In this document: piece by piece, positions 47,476-60,700 of the stretch | How the letters are laid out: each line of letters starts with the position of its first letter | Numbering within the stretch: the stretch's first letter is position 1 | Origin: Nemertoderma westbladi | Taxonomy: Eukaryota > Animalia > Xenacoelomorpha | Assembly (NCBI GenBank): GCA_032718475.1 | Contig: JAUCBJ010005472.1 | Coordinates: 1,888-65,887, forward strand | DNA: 64,000 nt | Direction of reading: 5' to 3' | Notes under the pieces: model-generated | Databases searched by the model: none | The model's input: only the letters and a program-made list of their open reading frames with translations | What the model was told of the DNA's origin: nothing | Program-made: the position numbers and the translations under genes

Positions 47476-48233
47476 TCCGCTCCATTTGCTATAGAGTTGG
47501 ATCATCCTTAGTCCTGTTTAATTACTTAATAATTTATACAATCTATGGATGTTAAACACATATACAATTGTTTAATATCCTTTGTTGCTGTTATTGAACT
47601 TGCATAAGTATTATATTGTAGACGGCTGTCATATAAAGTTGGCACGCTGTCAGATAAAGTTGGCACGCTGGCTGATTTTGTTTGAGAGAACGCTGACTAG
47701 TGTGACATTTTTTTAAGTGATAATAAAATCATTATGTAATGCAAAAAGACAAGCAAGTATTGTACTAAGTACAATAATCATGGCAACCTCCTCGATTTAT
47801 ACTAAGGCTTGTGTAATGCATTAGGTGGTACATTGGTGTTAGTTTACCATTGCATCTATGGCTTTTTTTTTCGTTTATGTCTATTTTTCGGGCCCACGGC
47901 TCATGGACGAAATAGCGGAATATACCAGGGACCTTAGAATCGCGGTATCTAGCCGCTGTGAAAATTTCATCAAAATCGTTTGAGCGGTTCCTGAGATTGC
48001 TTAGTCTGTCAGCCAGTTACCAACAATTCTTGCAGAAAGTAACCTGTCGGTTCCTAATAAAATTAAACTAATGAGACCCGTGCGCTTCAAAATTGTGTAT
48101 TTTTATTCATATTTTTATATATTTTTATTTTTTTTTATTTTTTTATTTCATATATCATATATTTATTTATTATGCCCCTATATTTATACATTCAAATAAA
48201 AAAGCTACACATTATTTTCAAATACAAGGTTAC

Positions 48234-48584
48234 CTGGGGGTGGTGGGCAGCATCTGGTGCATTCCCTGGGTGGTGGAGATGATTTGGGTGGTGGTGGAGG
48301 TGTTGTTTCCGGGGGATGTTTAGGTGTTGTTTCCGGGGGATGTTTAGGTGTTGTTTCCGGGGGATGTTTAGGTGTTGTTTCCGGGGGATGTTTAGGTGTT
48401 GTTTCCGGTGGATGTTTAGGTGTTGTTTCCGGGACGGGTGTTGGAGTGTTATTTCCTTTTTCTGGGGTGGTTTCTTTCGGTGTTGTTGGGCCTTCTGTAG
48501 TAGGGGGAGCAGTTCCTTCACCAGTGGTGGTTGTGGTGGGTGTAGTTCCAGCGGAGGTTCCTTCTGGTTCTAACGTTGTTGCAG
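48234..48584 (-). CDS. Internal exon of the Pro/Thr-rich mucin-like gene (ETTPKHPP repeats, ending RECTRCCPPPP)
   Basis: Acceptor TCTTTAACAATTGCAG and donor CAG|GTAACC; 351 nt, phase 1-1; open frame ATTLEPEGTSAGTTPTTTTTGEG...; 24-bp coding repeat. Confidence 0.8.
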
Positions 48585-48737
48585 CTGCAATTGTTAAAGA
48601 ACAATTTTAACAATTTTCATTTATTTATTTAAAACACATTATTGTCATCTTTATAATAATAATAATGTAAAATTAAAATAAGTCAGTAATGATGATGTGG
48701 CGGAGTTTAGAATATTTGTTTAACATTAGATTTGCCC

Positions 48738-51700
48738 CGCACATAAGTGTTTATCCAGCCTTGCCTCTGTCCGTGATTGTATTAAACTCGCATTAGTACC
48801 GCACATAAGTGTTTATCCAGCCTTGCCTCTGTCCGCGATTGTATTAAACTCGCTTTAGTACAGCACATAAGTGTTTATCCAGCCTTGCCTCTGTCCGTGA
48901 TTGTATTAAACTCGCATTAGTACCGCACATAAGTGTTTATCAAGCCTTGCCTCTGTCCGTGATTGTATTAAACTCGCATTAGTACGCACATAAGTGTTTA
49001 TCCAGCCTTGCCTCTGTCCGTGATTGTATTAAACTCGCATTAGTACAGCACATAAGTGTTTATCAAGCCTTGCCTCTGTCCGTGATTGTATTAAACTCGC
49101 ATTAGTACCGCACATAAGTGTTTATCAAGCCTTGCCTCTGTCCGTGATTGTATTAAACTCGCATTAGTACGCACATAAGTGTTTATCCAGCCTTGCCTCT
49201 GTCCGTGATTGTATTAAACTCGCATTAGTACCGCACATAAGTGTTTATCCAGCCTTGCCTCTGTCCGCGATTGTATTAAACTCGCATTAGTACGCACATA
49301 AGTGTTTATCCAGCCTTGCCTCTGTCCGTGATTGTATTAAACTCGCATTAGTACAGCACATAAGTGTTTATCCAGCCTTGCCTATGTCCGTGATTGTATT
49401 AAACTCGCATTAGTACCGCACATAAGTGTTTATCCAGCCTTGCCTCTGTCCGTGATTGTATTAAACTCGCATTAGTACAGCACATAAGTGTTTATCCAGC
49501 CTTGCCTCTGTCCGTGATTGTATTAAACTCGCATTAGTACCGCACATAAGTGTTTATCCAGCCTTGCCTCTGTCCGTGATTGTATTAAACTCGCATTAGT
49601 ACCGCACATAAGTGTTTATCCAGCCTTGCCTCTGTCCGTGATTGTATTAAACTCGCATTAGTACCGCACATAAGTGTTTATCCAGCCTTGCCTCTGTCCG
49701 TGATTGTATTAAACTCGCATTAGTACCGCACATAAGTGTTTATCCAGCCTTGCCTCTGTCCGTGATTGTATTAAACTCGCATTAGTACCGCACATAAGTG
49801 TTTATCCAGCCTTGCCTCTGTCCGTGATTGTATTAAACTCGCATTAGTACCGCACATAAGTGTTTATCCAGCCTTGCCTCTGTCCGTGATTGTATTAAAC
49901 TCGCATTAGTACCGCACATAAGTGTTTATCCAGCCTTGCCTCTGTCCGTGATTGTATTAAACTCGCATTAGTACCGCACATAAGTGTTTATCCAGCCTTG
50001 CCTCTGTCCGTGATTGTATTAAACTCGCATTAGTACCGCACATAAGTGTTTATCCAGCCTTGCCTCTGTCCGTGATTGTATTAAACTCGCATTAGTACCG
50101 CACATAAGTGTTTATCCAGCCTTGCCTCTGTCCGTGATTGTATTAAACTCGCATTAGTACAGCACATAAGTGTTTATCCAGCCTTGCCTCTGTCCGTGAT
50201 TGTATTAAACTCGCATTAGTACCGCACATAAGTGTTTATCCAGCCTTGCCTCTGTCCGTGATTGTATTAAACTCGCATTAGTACCGCACATAAGTGTTTA
50301 TCCAGCCTTGCCTCTGTCCGTGATTGTATTAAACTCGCATTAGTACCGCACATAAGTGTTTATCCAGCCTTGCCTCTGTCCGTGATTGTATTAAACTCGC
50401 ATTAGTACAGCACATACGTGTTTATCCAGCCTTGCCTCTGTCCGTGATTGTATTAAACTCGCATTAGTACAGCACATAAGTGTTTATCCAGCCTTGCCTC
50501 TGACCGTGATTGTATTAAACTCGCATTAGTACCGCACATAAGTGTTTATCCAGCCTTGCCTCTGTCCGTGATTGTATTAAACTCGCATTAGTACCGCACA
50601 TAAGTGTTTATCCAGCCTTGCCTCTGTCCGTGATTGTATTAAACTCGCATTAGTACAGCACATACGTGTTTATCCAGCCTTGCCTCTGTCCGCGATTGTA
50701 TTAAACTCGCATTAGTACAGCACATAAGTGTTTATCCAGCCTTGCCTCTGACCGTGATTGTATTAAACTCGCATTAGTACAGCACATAAGTGTTTATCCA
50801 GCTTTGCCTCTGTCCGCGATTGTATTAAACTCGAATTAGTACATCACATAAGTGTTTATCCAGCCTTGCCTCTGTCCGTGATTGTATTAAACTCGCATTA
50901 GTACAGCACATAAGTGTTTATCCAGCCTTGCCTCTGACCGTGATTGTATTAAACTCGCATTAGTACCGCACATAAGTGTTTATCCAGCCTTGCCTCTGTC
51001 CGTGATTGTATTAAACTCGCATTAGTACCGCACATAAGTGTTTATCCAGCCTTGCCTCTGTCCGTGATTGTATTAAACTCGCATTAGTACAGCACATACG
51101 TGTTTATCCAGCCTTGCCTCTGTCCGCGATTGTATTAAACTCGCATTAGTACAGCACATAAGTGTTTATCCAGCTTTGCCTCTGTCCGCGATTGTATTAA
51201 ACTCGAATTAGTACATCACATAAGTGTTTATCCAGCCTTGCCTCTGTCCGTGATTGTATTAAACTCGCATTAGTACAGCACATAAGTGTTTATCCAGCCT
51301 TGCCTCTGACCGTGATTGTATTAAACTCGCATTAGTACCGCACATAAGTGTTTATACAGCCTTGCCTCTGTCCGTGATTGTATTAAACTCGCATTAGTAC
51401 AGCACATAAGTGTTTATCCAGCCTTGCTACTGACCGTGATTGTATTAAACTCGCATTAGTACAGCACATACGTGTTTATCCAGCCTTGCCTCTGTCCGCG
51501 ATTGTATTAAACTCGCATTAGTACAGCACATAAGTGTTTATCCAGCCTTGCCTCTGACCGTGATTGTATTAAACTCGCATTAGTACTGCACATAAGTGTT
51601 TATCCAGCCTTGCCTCTGACCGTGATTGTATTAAACTCGCATTAGTACCGCACATAAAGTGTTTATCCAGCCTTGCCTCTGTCCGTGATTGTATTAAACT

Positions 51701-54700
51701 CGCATTAGTACAGCACATAAGTGTTTATCCAGCCTTGCCTCTGTCCGTGATTGTATTAAACTCGCATTAGTACCGCACATAAGTGTTTATCCAGCCTTGC
51801 CTCTGTCCGTGATTGTATTAAACTCGCATTAGTACAGCACATAAGTGTTTATCCAGCCTTGCCTCTGTCCGTGATTGTATTAAACTCGCATTAGTACCGC
51901 ACATAAGTGTTTATCCAGCCTTGCCTCTGTCCGTGATTGTATTAAACTCGCATTAGTACAGCACATAAGTGTTTATCCAGCCTTGCCTCTGTCCGTGATT
52001 GTATTAAACTCGCATTAGTACAGCACATACGTGTTTATCCAGCTTTGCCTCTGTCCGTGATTGTATTAAACTCGCATTAGTACAGCACATAAGTGTTTAT
52101 CCAGCCTTGCCTCTGTCCGTGATTGTATTAAACTCGCATTAGTACAGCACATAAGTGTTTATCAAGCCTTGCCTCTGTCCGTGATTGTATTAAACTCGCA
52201 TTAGTACAGCACATACGTGTTTATCCAGCTTTGCCTCTGTCCGTGATTGTATTAAACTCGCATTAGTACAGCACATAAGTGTTTATCAAGCCTTGCCTCT
52301 GTCCGTGATTGTATTAAACTCGCATTAGTACAGCACATACGTGTTTATCCAGCTTTGCCTCTGTCCGTGATTGTATTAAACTCGCATTAGTACAGCACAT
52401 AAGTGTTTATCCAGCCTTGCCTCTGTCCGTGATTGTATTAAACTCGCATTAGTACAGCACATAAGTGTTTATCAAGCCTTGCCTCTGTCCGTGATTGTAT
52501 TAAACTCGCATTACAACCGCACATAAGTGTTTATCAAGCCTTGCCTCTGTCCGTGATTGTATTAAACTCGCATTACAACCGCACATAAGTGTTTATCAAG
52601 CCTTGCCTCTGTCCGTGATTGTATTAAACTCGCATTAGTACCGCACATAAGTGTTTATCCAGCCTTGCCTCTGTCCGTGATTGTATTAAACTCGCATTAG
52701 TACAGCACATAAGTGTTTATCCAGCCTTGCCTCTGTCCGTGATTGTATTAAACTCGCATTAGTACAGCACATAAGTGTTTATCCAGCTTTGCCTCTGTCC
52801 GCGATTGTATTAAACTCGCATTAGTACCGCACATAAGTGTTTATCCAGCCTTGCCTCTGTCCGTGATTGTATTAAACTCGCATTAGTACCGCACATAAGT
52901 GTTTATCCAGCCTTGCCTCTGTCCGTGATTGTATTAAACTCGCATTAGTACAGCACATAAGTGTTTATCCAGCCTTGCCTCTGACCGTGATTGTATTAAA
53001 CTCGCATTAGTACCGCACATAAGTGTTTATCCAGCCTTGCCTCTGTCCGCGATTGTATTAAACTCGCATTAGTACCGCACATAAGTGTTTATCCAGCCTT
53101 GCCTCTGTCCGTGATTGTATTAAACTCGCATTAGTACCGCACATAAGTGTTTATCCAGCCTTGCCTCTGTCCGTGATTGTATTAAACTCGCATTAGTACA
53201 GCACATAAGTGTTTATCCAGCCTTGCCTCTCTCCGCGATTGTATTAAACTCGCATTAGTACAGCACATAAAGTGTTTATCCAGCCTTGCCTCTGTCCGTG
53301 ATTGTATTAAACTCGCATTAGTACAGCACATAAAGTGTTTATCCAGCCTTGCCTCTGTCCGTGATTGTATTAAACTCGCATTAGTACAGCACATAAAGTG
53401 TTTATCCAGCCTTGCCTCTGTCCGTGATTGTATTAAACTCGCATTAGTACCGCACATAAGTGTTTATCCAGCCTTGCCTCTGTCCGTGATTGTATTGAAC
53501 TCGCATTAGTACCGCACATAAGTGGTTATCCAGCCTTGCCTCTGTCCGTGATTGTATTAAACTCGCATTACAACCGCACATAAGTGTTTATCCAGCCTTG
53601 CCTCTGTCCGTGATTGTATTAAACTCGCATTACAACCGCACATAAGTGTTTATCCAGCCTTGCCTCTGTCCGTGATTGTATTAAACTCGCATTAGTACCG
53701 CACATAAGTGTTTATCCAGCCTTGCCTCTGTCCGTGATTGTATTAAACTCGCATTAGTACAGCACATAAGTGTTTATCAAGCCTTGCCTCTGTCCGTGAT
53801 TGTATTAAACTCGCATTAGTACAGCACATACGTGTTTATCCAGCTTTGCCTCTGTCCGTGATTGTATTAAACTCGCATTAGTACAGCACATAAGTGTTTA
53901 TCAAGCCTTGCCTCTGTCCGTGATTGTATTAAACTCGCATTATTACCGCACATAAGTGTTTATCCAGCCTTGCCTCTGTCCGTGATTGTATTAAACTCGC
54001 ATTAGTACAGCACATAAGTGTTTATCCAGCCTTGCCTCTGTCCGTGATTGTATTAAACTCACATTAGTACCGCACATAAGTGTTTATCCAGCCTTGCCTC
54101 TGTCCGCGATTGTATTAAACTCGCATTAGTACAGCACATAAGTGTTTATCCAGCCTTGCCTCTGTCCGTGATTGTATTAAACTCGCATTAGTACCGCACA
54201 TAAGTGTTTATCCAGCCTTGCCTCTGTCCGTGATTGTATTAAACTCGCATTACAACCGCACATAAGTGTTTATCCAGCCTTGCCTCTGTCCGTGATTGTA
54301 TTAAACTCGCATTAGTACCGCACATAAGTGTTTATCCAGCCTTGCCTCTGTCCGTGATTGTATTAAACTCGCATTAGTACCGCACATAAGTGTTTATCCA
54401 GCCTTGCCTCTGTCCGTGATTGTATTAAACTCGCATTAGTACCGCACATAAGTGTTTATCCAGCCTTGCCTCTGTCCGTGATTGTATTAAACTCGCATTA
54501 GTACCGCACATAAGTGTTTATCCAGCCTTGCCTCTGTCCGTGATTGTATTAAACTCGCATTAGTACCGCACATAAGTGTTTATCCAGCCTTGCCTCTGTC
54601 CGTGATTGTATTGAACTCGCATTAGTACCGCACATAAGTGTTTATCCAGCCTTGCCTCTGTCCGTGATTGTATTAAACTCGCATTACTACCGCACATAAG

Positions 54701-57700
54701 TGTTTATCCAGCCTTGCCTCTGTCCGTGATTGTATTAAACTCGCATTACAACCGCACATAAGTGTTTATCCAGCCTTGCCTCTGTCCGTGATTGTATTAA
54801 ACTCGCATTAGTACCGCACATAAGTGTTTATCCAGCCTTGCCTCTGTCCGTGATTGTATTAAACTCGCATTATTACCGCACATAAGTGTTTATCCAGCCT
54901 TGCCTCTGTCCGTGATTGTATTAAACTCGCATTAGTACCGCACATAAGTGTTTATCCAGCCTTGCCTCTGTCCGTGATTGTATTAAACTCGCATTAGTAC
55001 CGCACATAAGTGTTTATCCAGCCTTGCCTCTGTGCGTGATTGTATTAAACTCGCATTACAACCGCACATAAGTGTTTATCCAGCCTTGCCTCTGTCCGTG
55101 ATTGTATGAAACTCGCATTAGTACCGCACATAAGTGTTTATCCAGCCTTGCCTCTGTCCGTGATTGTATTAAACTCGCATTAGTACCGCACATAAGTGTT
55201 TATCCAGCCTTGCCTCTGTCCGTGATTGTATTAAACTCGCATAAAGTACCGCACATAAGTGTTTATCCAGCCTTGCCTCTGTCCGTGATTGTATGAAACT
55301 CGCATTAGTACCGCACATAAGTGTTTATCCAGCCTTGCCTCTGTCCGTGATTGTATTAAACTCGCATTACAACCGCACATAAGTGTTTATCCAGCCTTGC
55401 CTCTGTCCGTGATTGTATGAAACTCGCATTAGTACCGCACATAAGTGTTTATCCAGCCTTGCCTCTGTCCGTGATTGTATTAAACTCGCATTAGTACCGC
55501 ACATATGTGTTTAACCAGCCTTGCCTCTGTCCGTGATTGTATTAAACTCGCATTAGTACCGCACATAAGTGTTTATCCAGCCTTGCCTCTGTCCGTGATT
55601 GTATTAAACTCGCATTAGTACCGCACATAAGTGTTTATCCAGCCTTGCCTCTGTCCGTGATTGTATTAAACTCGCATTAGTACCGCACATAAGTGTTTAT
55701 CCAGCCTTGGCTCTGTCCGTGATTGTATTAAACTCGCATTTGTACAGCACATAAGTGTTTATCCAGCCTTGCCTCTGTCCGTGATTGTATTAAACTCGCA
55801 TTAGTACCGCACATAAGTGTTTATCCAGCCTTGCCTCTGTCCGTGATTGTATTAAACTCGCATTAGTACAGCACATAAGTGTTTATCCAGCCTTGCCTCT
55901 GTCCGTGATTGTATTAAACTCGCTTTAGTACAGCACATAAGTGTTTATCCAGCCTTGCCTCTGTCCGCGATTGTATTAAACTCGCATTAGTACCGCACAT
56001 AAGTGTTTATCCAGCCTTGCCTCTGACCGTGATTGTATTAAACTCGCATTAGTACCGCACATAAGTGTTTATCCAGCCTTGCCTCTGTCCGTGATTGTAT
56101 TAAACTCGCATTAGTACCGCACATAAGTGTTTATCCAGCCTTGCCTCTGTCCGTGATTGTATTAAACTCGCATTAGTACAGCACATAAGTGTTTATCCAG
56201 CCTTGCCTCTGTCCGTGATTGTATTAAACTCGCTTTAGTACAGCACATAAGTGTTTATCCAGCCTTGCCTCTGTCCGTGATTGTATTAAACTCGCATTAG
56301 TACAGCACATAAGTGTTTATCCAGCCTTGCCTCTGTCCGTGATTGTATTAAACTCGCATTAGTACAGCACATAAGTGTTTATCCAGCCTTGCCTCTGTCC
56401 GCGATTGTATTAAACTCGCATTAGTACCGCACATAAGTGTTTATCCAGCCTTGCCTCTGTCCGTGATTGTATTAAACTCGCATTAGTACCGCACATAAGT
56501 GTTTATCCAGCCTTGCCTCTGTCCGTGATTGTATTAAACTCGCATTAGTACAGCACATAAGTGTTTATCCAGCCTTGCCTCTGTCCGCGATTGTATTAAA
56601 CTCGCATTAGTACCGCACATAAGTGTTTATCCAGCCTTGCCTCTGTCCGCGATTGTATTAAACTCGCATTAGTACCGCACATAAGTGTTTATCCAGCCTT
56701 GCCTCTGTCCGTGATTGTATTAAACTCGCATTAGTACCGCACATAAGTGTTTATCCAGCCTTGCCTCTGTCCGTGATTGTATTAAACTCGCATTAGTACA
56801 GCACATAAGTGTTTATCCAGCCTTGCCTCTGTCCGTGATTGTATTAAACTCGCATTAGTACAGCACATAAGTGTTTATCCAGCCTTGCCTCTGTCCGTGA
56901 TTGTATTAAACTCGCATTAGTACCGCACATAAGTGTTTATCCAGCCTTGCCTCTGTCCGTGATTGTATTAAACTCGCATTAGTACCGCACATAAGTGTTT
57001 ATCCAGCCTTGCCTCTGTCCGTGATTGTATTAAACTCGCATTAGTACCGCACATAAGTGTTTATCCAGCCTTGCCTCTGTCCGTGATTGTATTAAACTCG
57101 CTTTAGTACAGCACATAAGTGTTTATCCAGCCTTGCCTCTGTCCGCGATTGTATTAAACTCGCATTAGTACCGCACATAAGTGTTTATCCAGCCTTGCCT
57201 CTGTCCGCGATTGTATTAAACTCGCATTAGTACCGCACATAAGTGTTTATCCAGCCTTGCCTCTGTCCGTGATTGTATTAAACTCGCATTAGTACCGCAC
57301 ATAAGTGTTTATCCAGCCTTGCCTCTGTCCGTGATTGTATTAAACTCGCATTAGTACCGCACATAAGTGTTTATCCAGCCTTGCCTCTGTCCGTGATTGT
57401 ATTAAACTCGCATTAGTACAGCACATAAGTGTTTATCCAGCTTTGCCTCTGTCCGCGATTGTATTAAACTCGCATTAGTACCGCACATAAGTGTTTATCC
57501 AGCCTTGCCTCTGTCCGTGATTGTATTAAACTCGCATTAGTACAGCACATAAGTGTTTATCCAGCCTTGCCTCTGTCCGCGATTGTATTAAACTCGCATT
57601 AGTACAGCACATAAGTGTTTATCCAGCTTTGCCTCTGTCCGCGATTGTATTAAACTCGCATTAGTACCGCACATAAGTGTTTATCCAGCCTTGCCTCTGT

Positions 57701-60700
57701 CCGTGATTGTATTAAACTCGCATTAGTACAGCACATAAGTGTTTATCCAGCCTTGCCTCTGTCCGCGATTGTATTAAACTCGCATTAGTACCGTACATAA
57801 GTGTTTATCCAGCCTTGCCTCTGTCCGTGATTGTATTAAACTCGCATTAGTACCTCACATATGTGTTTATCCAGCCTTGCCTCTGTCCGTGATTGTATTA
57901 AACTCGCATTAGTACCGCACATAAGTGTTTATCCAGCCTTGCCTCTGTCCGCGATTGTATTAAACTCGCATTAGTACAGCACATAAGTGTTTATCCAGCT
58001 TTGCCTCTGTCCGCGATTGTATTAAACTCGCATTAGTACCGCACATAAGTGTTTATCCAGCCTTGCCTCTGTCCGTGATTGTATTAAACTCGCATTATTA
58101 CCGCACATAAGTGTTTATCCAGCCTTGCCTCTGTCCGTGATTGTATTAAACTCGCATTAGTACCGCACATAAGTGTTTATCCAGCCTTGCCTCTGTCCGT
58201 GATTGTATTAAACTCGCATTAGTACCGCACATAAGTGTTTATCCAGCCTTGCCTCTGTGCGTGATTGTATTAAACTCGCATTACAACCGCACATAAGTGT
58301 TTATCCAGCCTTGCCTCTGTCCGTGATTGTATGAAACTCGCATTAGTACCGCACATAAGTGTTTATCCAGCCTTGCCTCTGTCCGTGATTGTATTAAACT
58401 CGCATTAGTACCGCACATAAGTGTTTATCCAGCCTTGCCTCTGTCCGTGATTGTATTAAACTCGCATAAAGTACCGCACATAAGTGTTTATCCAGCCTTG
58501 CCTCTGTCCGTGATTGTATGAAACTCGCATTAGTACCGCACATAAGTGTTTATCCAGCCTTGCCTCTGTCCGTGATTGTATTAAACTCGCATTACAACCG
58601 CACATAAGTGTTTATCCAGCCTTGCCTCTGTCCGTGATTGTATGAAACTCGCATTAGTACCGCACATAAGTGTTTATCCAGCCTTGCCTCTGTCCGTGAT
58701 TGTATTAAACTCGCATTAGTACCGCACATATGTGTTTAACCAGCCTTGCCTCTGTCCGTGATTGTATTAAACTCGCATTAGTACCGCACATAAGTGTTTA
58801 TCCAGCCTTGCCTCTGTCCGTGATTGTATTAAACTCGCATTAGTACCGCACATAAGTGTTTATCCAGCCTTGCCTCTGTCCGTGATTGTATTAAACTCGC
58901 ATTAGTACCGCACATAAGTGTTTATCCAGCCTTGGCTCTGTCCGTGATTGTATTAAACTCGCATTTGTACAGCACATAAGTGTTTATCCAGCCTTGCCTC
59001 TGTCCGTGATTGTATTAAACTCGCATTAGTACCGCACATAAGTGTTTATCCAGCCTTGCCTCTGTCCGTGATTGTATTAAACTCGCATTAGTACAGCACA
59101 TAAGTGTTTATCCAGCCTTGCCTCTGTCCGTGATTGTATTAAACTCGCTTTAGTACAGCACATAAGTGTTTATCCAGCCTTGCCTCTGTCCGCGATTGTA
59201 TTAAACTCGCATTAGTACCGCACATAAGTGTTTATCCAGCCTTGCCTCTGACCGTGATTGTATTAAACTCGCATTAGTACCGCACATAAGTGTTTATCCA
59301 GCCTTGCCTCTGACCGTGATTGTATTAAACTCGCATTAGTACCGCACATAAAGTGTTTATCCAGCCTTGCCTCTGTCCGTGATTGTATTAAACTCGCATT
59401 AGTACAGCACATAAGTGTTTATCCAGCCTTGCCTCTGTCCGTGATTGTATTAAACTCGCTTTAGTACAGCACATAAGTGTTTATCCAGCCTTGCCTCTGT
59501 CCGTGATTGTATTAAACTCGCATTAGTACAGCACATAAGTGTTTATCCAGCCTTGCCTCTGTCCGTGATTGTATTAAACTCGCATTAGTACAGCACATAA
59601 GTGTTTATCCAGCCTTGCCTCTGTCCGCGATTGTATTAAACTCGCATTAGTACCGCACATAAGTGTTTATCCAGCCTTGCCTCTGTCCGTGATTGTATTA
59701 AACTCGCATTAGTACCGCACATAAGTGTTTATCCAGCCTTGCCTCTGTCCGTGATTGTATTAAACTCGCTTTAGTACAGCACATAAGTGTTTATCCAGCC
59801 TTGCCTCTGTCCGCGATTGTATTAAACTCGCATTAGTACCGCACATAAGTGTTTATCCAGCCTTGCCTCTGTCCGCGATTGTATTAAACTCGCATTAGTA
59901 CCGCACATAAGTGTTTATCCAGCCTTGCCTCTGTCCGTGATTGTATTAAACTCGCATTAGTACCGCACATAAGTGTTTATCCAGCCTTGCCTCTGTCCGT
60001 GATTGTATTAAACTCGCATTAGTACAGCACATAAGTGTTTATCCAGCCTTGCCTCTGTCCGTGATTGTATTAAACTCGCATTAGTACAGCACATAAGTGT
60101 TTATCCAGCCTTGCCTCTGTCCGTGATTGTATTAAACTCGCATTAGTACCGCACATAAGTGTTTATCCAGCCTTGCCTCTGTCCGTGATTGTATTAAACT
60201 CGCATTAGTACCGCACATAAGTGTTTATCCAGCCTTGCCTCTGTCCGTGATTGTATTAAACTCGCTTTAGTACAGCACATAAGTGTTTATCCAGCCTTGC
60301 CTCTGTCCGCGATTGTATTAAACTCGCATTAGTACCGCACATAAGTGTTTATCCAGCCTTGCCTCTGTCCGCGATTGTATTAAACTCGCATTAGTACCGC
60401 ACATAAGTGTTTATCCAGCCTTGCCTCTGTCCGTGATTGTATTAAACTCGCATTAGTACCGCACATAAGTGTTTATCCAGCCTTGCCTCTGTCCGTGATT
60501 GTATTAAACTCGCATTAGTACCGCACATAAGTGTTTATCCAGCCTTGCCTCTGTCCGTGATTGTATTAAACTCGCATTAGTACAGCACATAAGTGTTTAT
60601 CCAGCTTTGCCTCTGTCCGCGATTGTATTAAACTCGCATTAGTACCGCACATAAGTGTTTATCCAGCCTTGCCTCTGTCCGTGATTGTATTAAACTCGCA

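Noticed and set aside
48192-48610. ORF-track proteins 48257-48610 (+), 48316-48573 (+) and 48192-48521 (-)
   Set aside because: Alternative frames or the antisense of the spliced Pro/Thr exon, which has proper splice sites.
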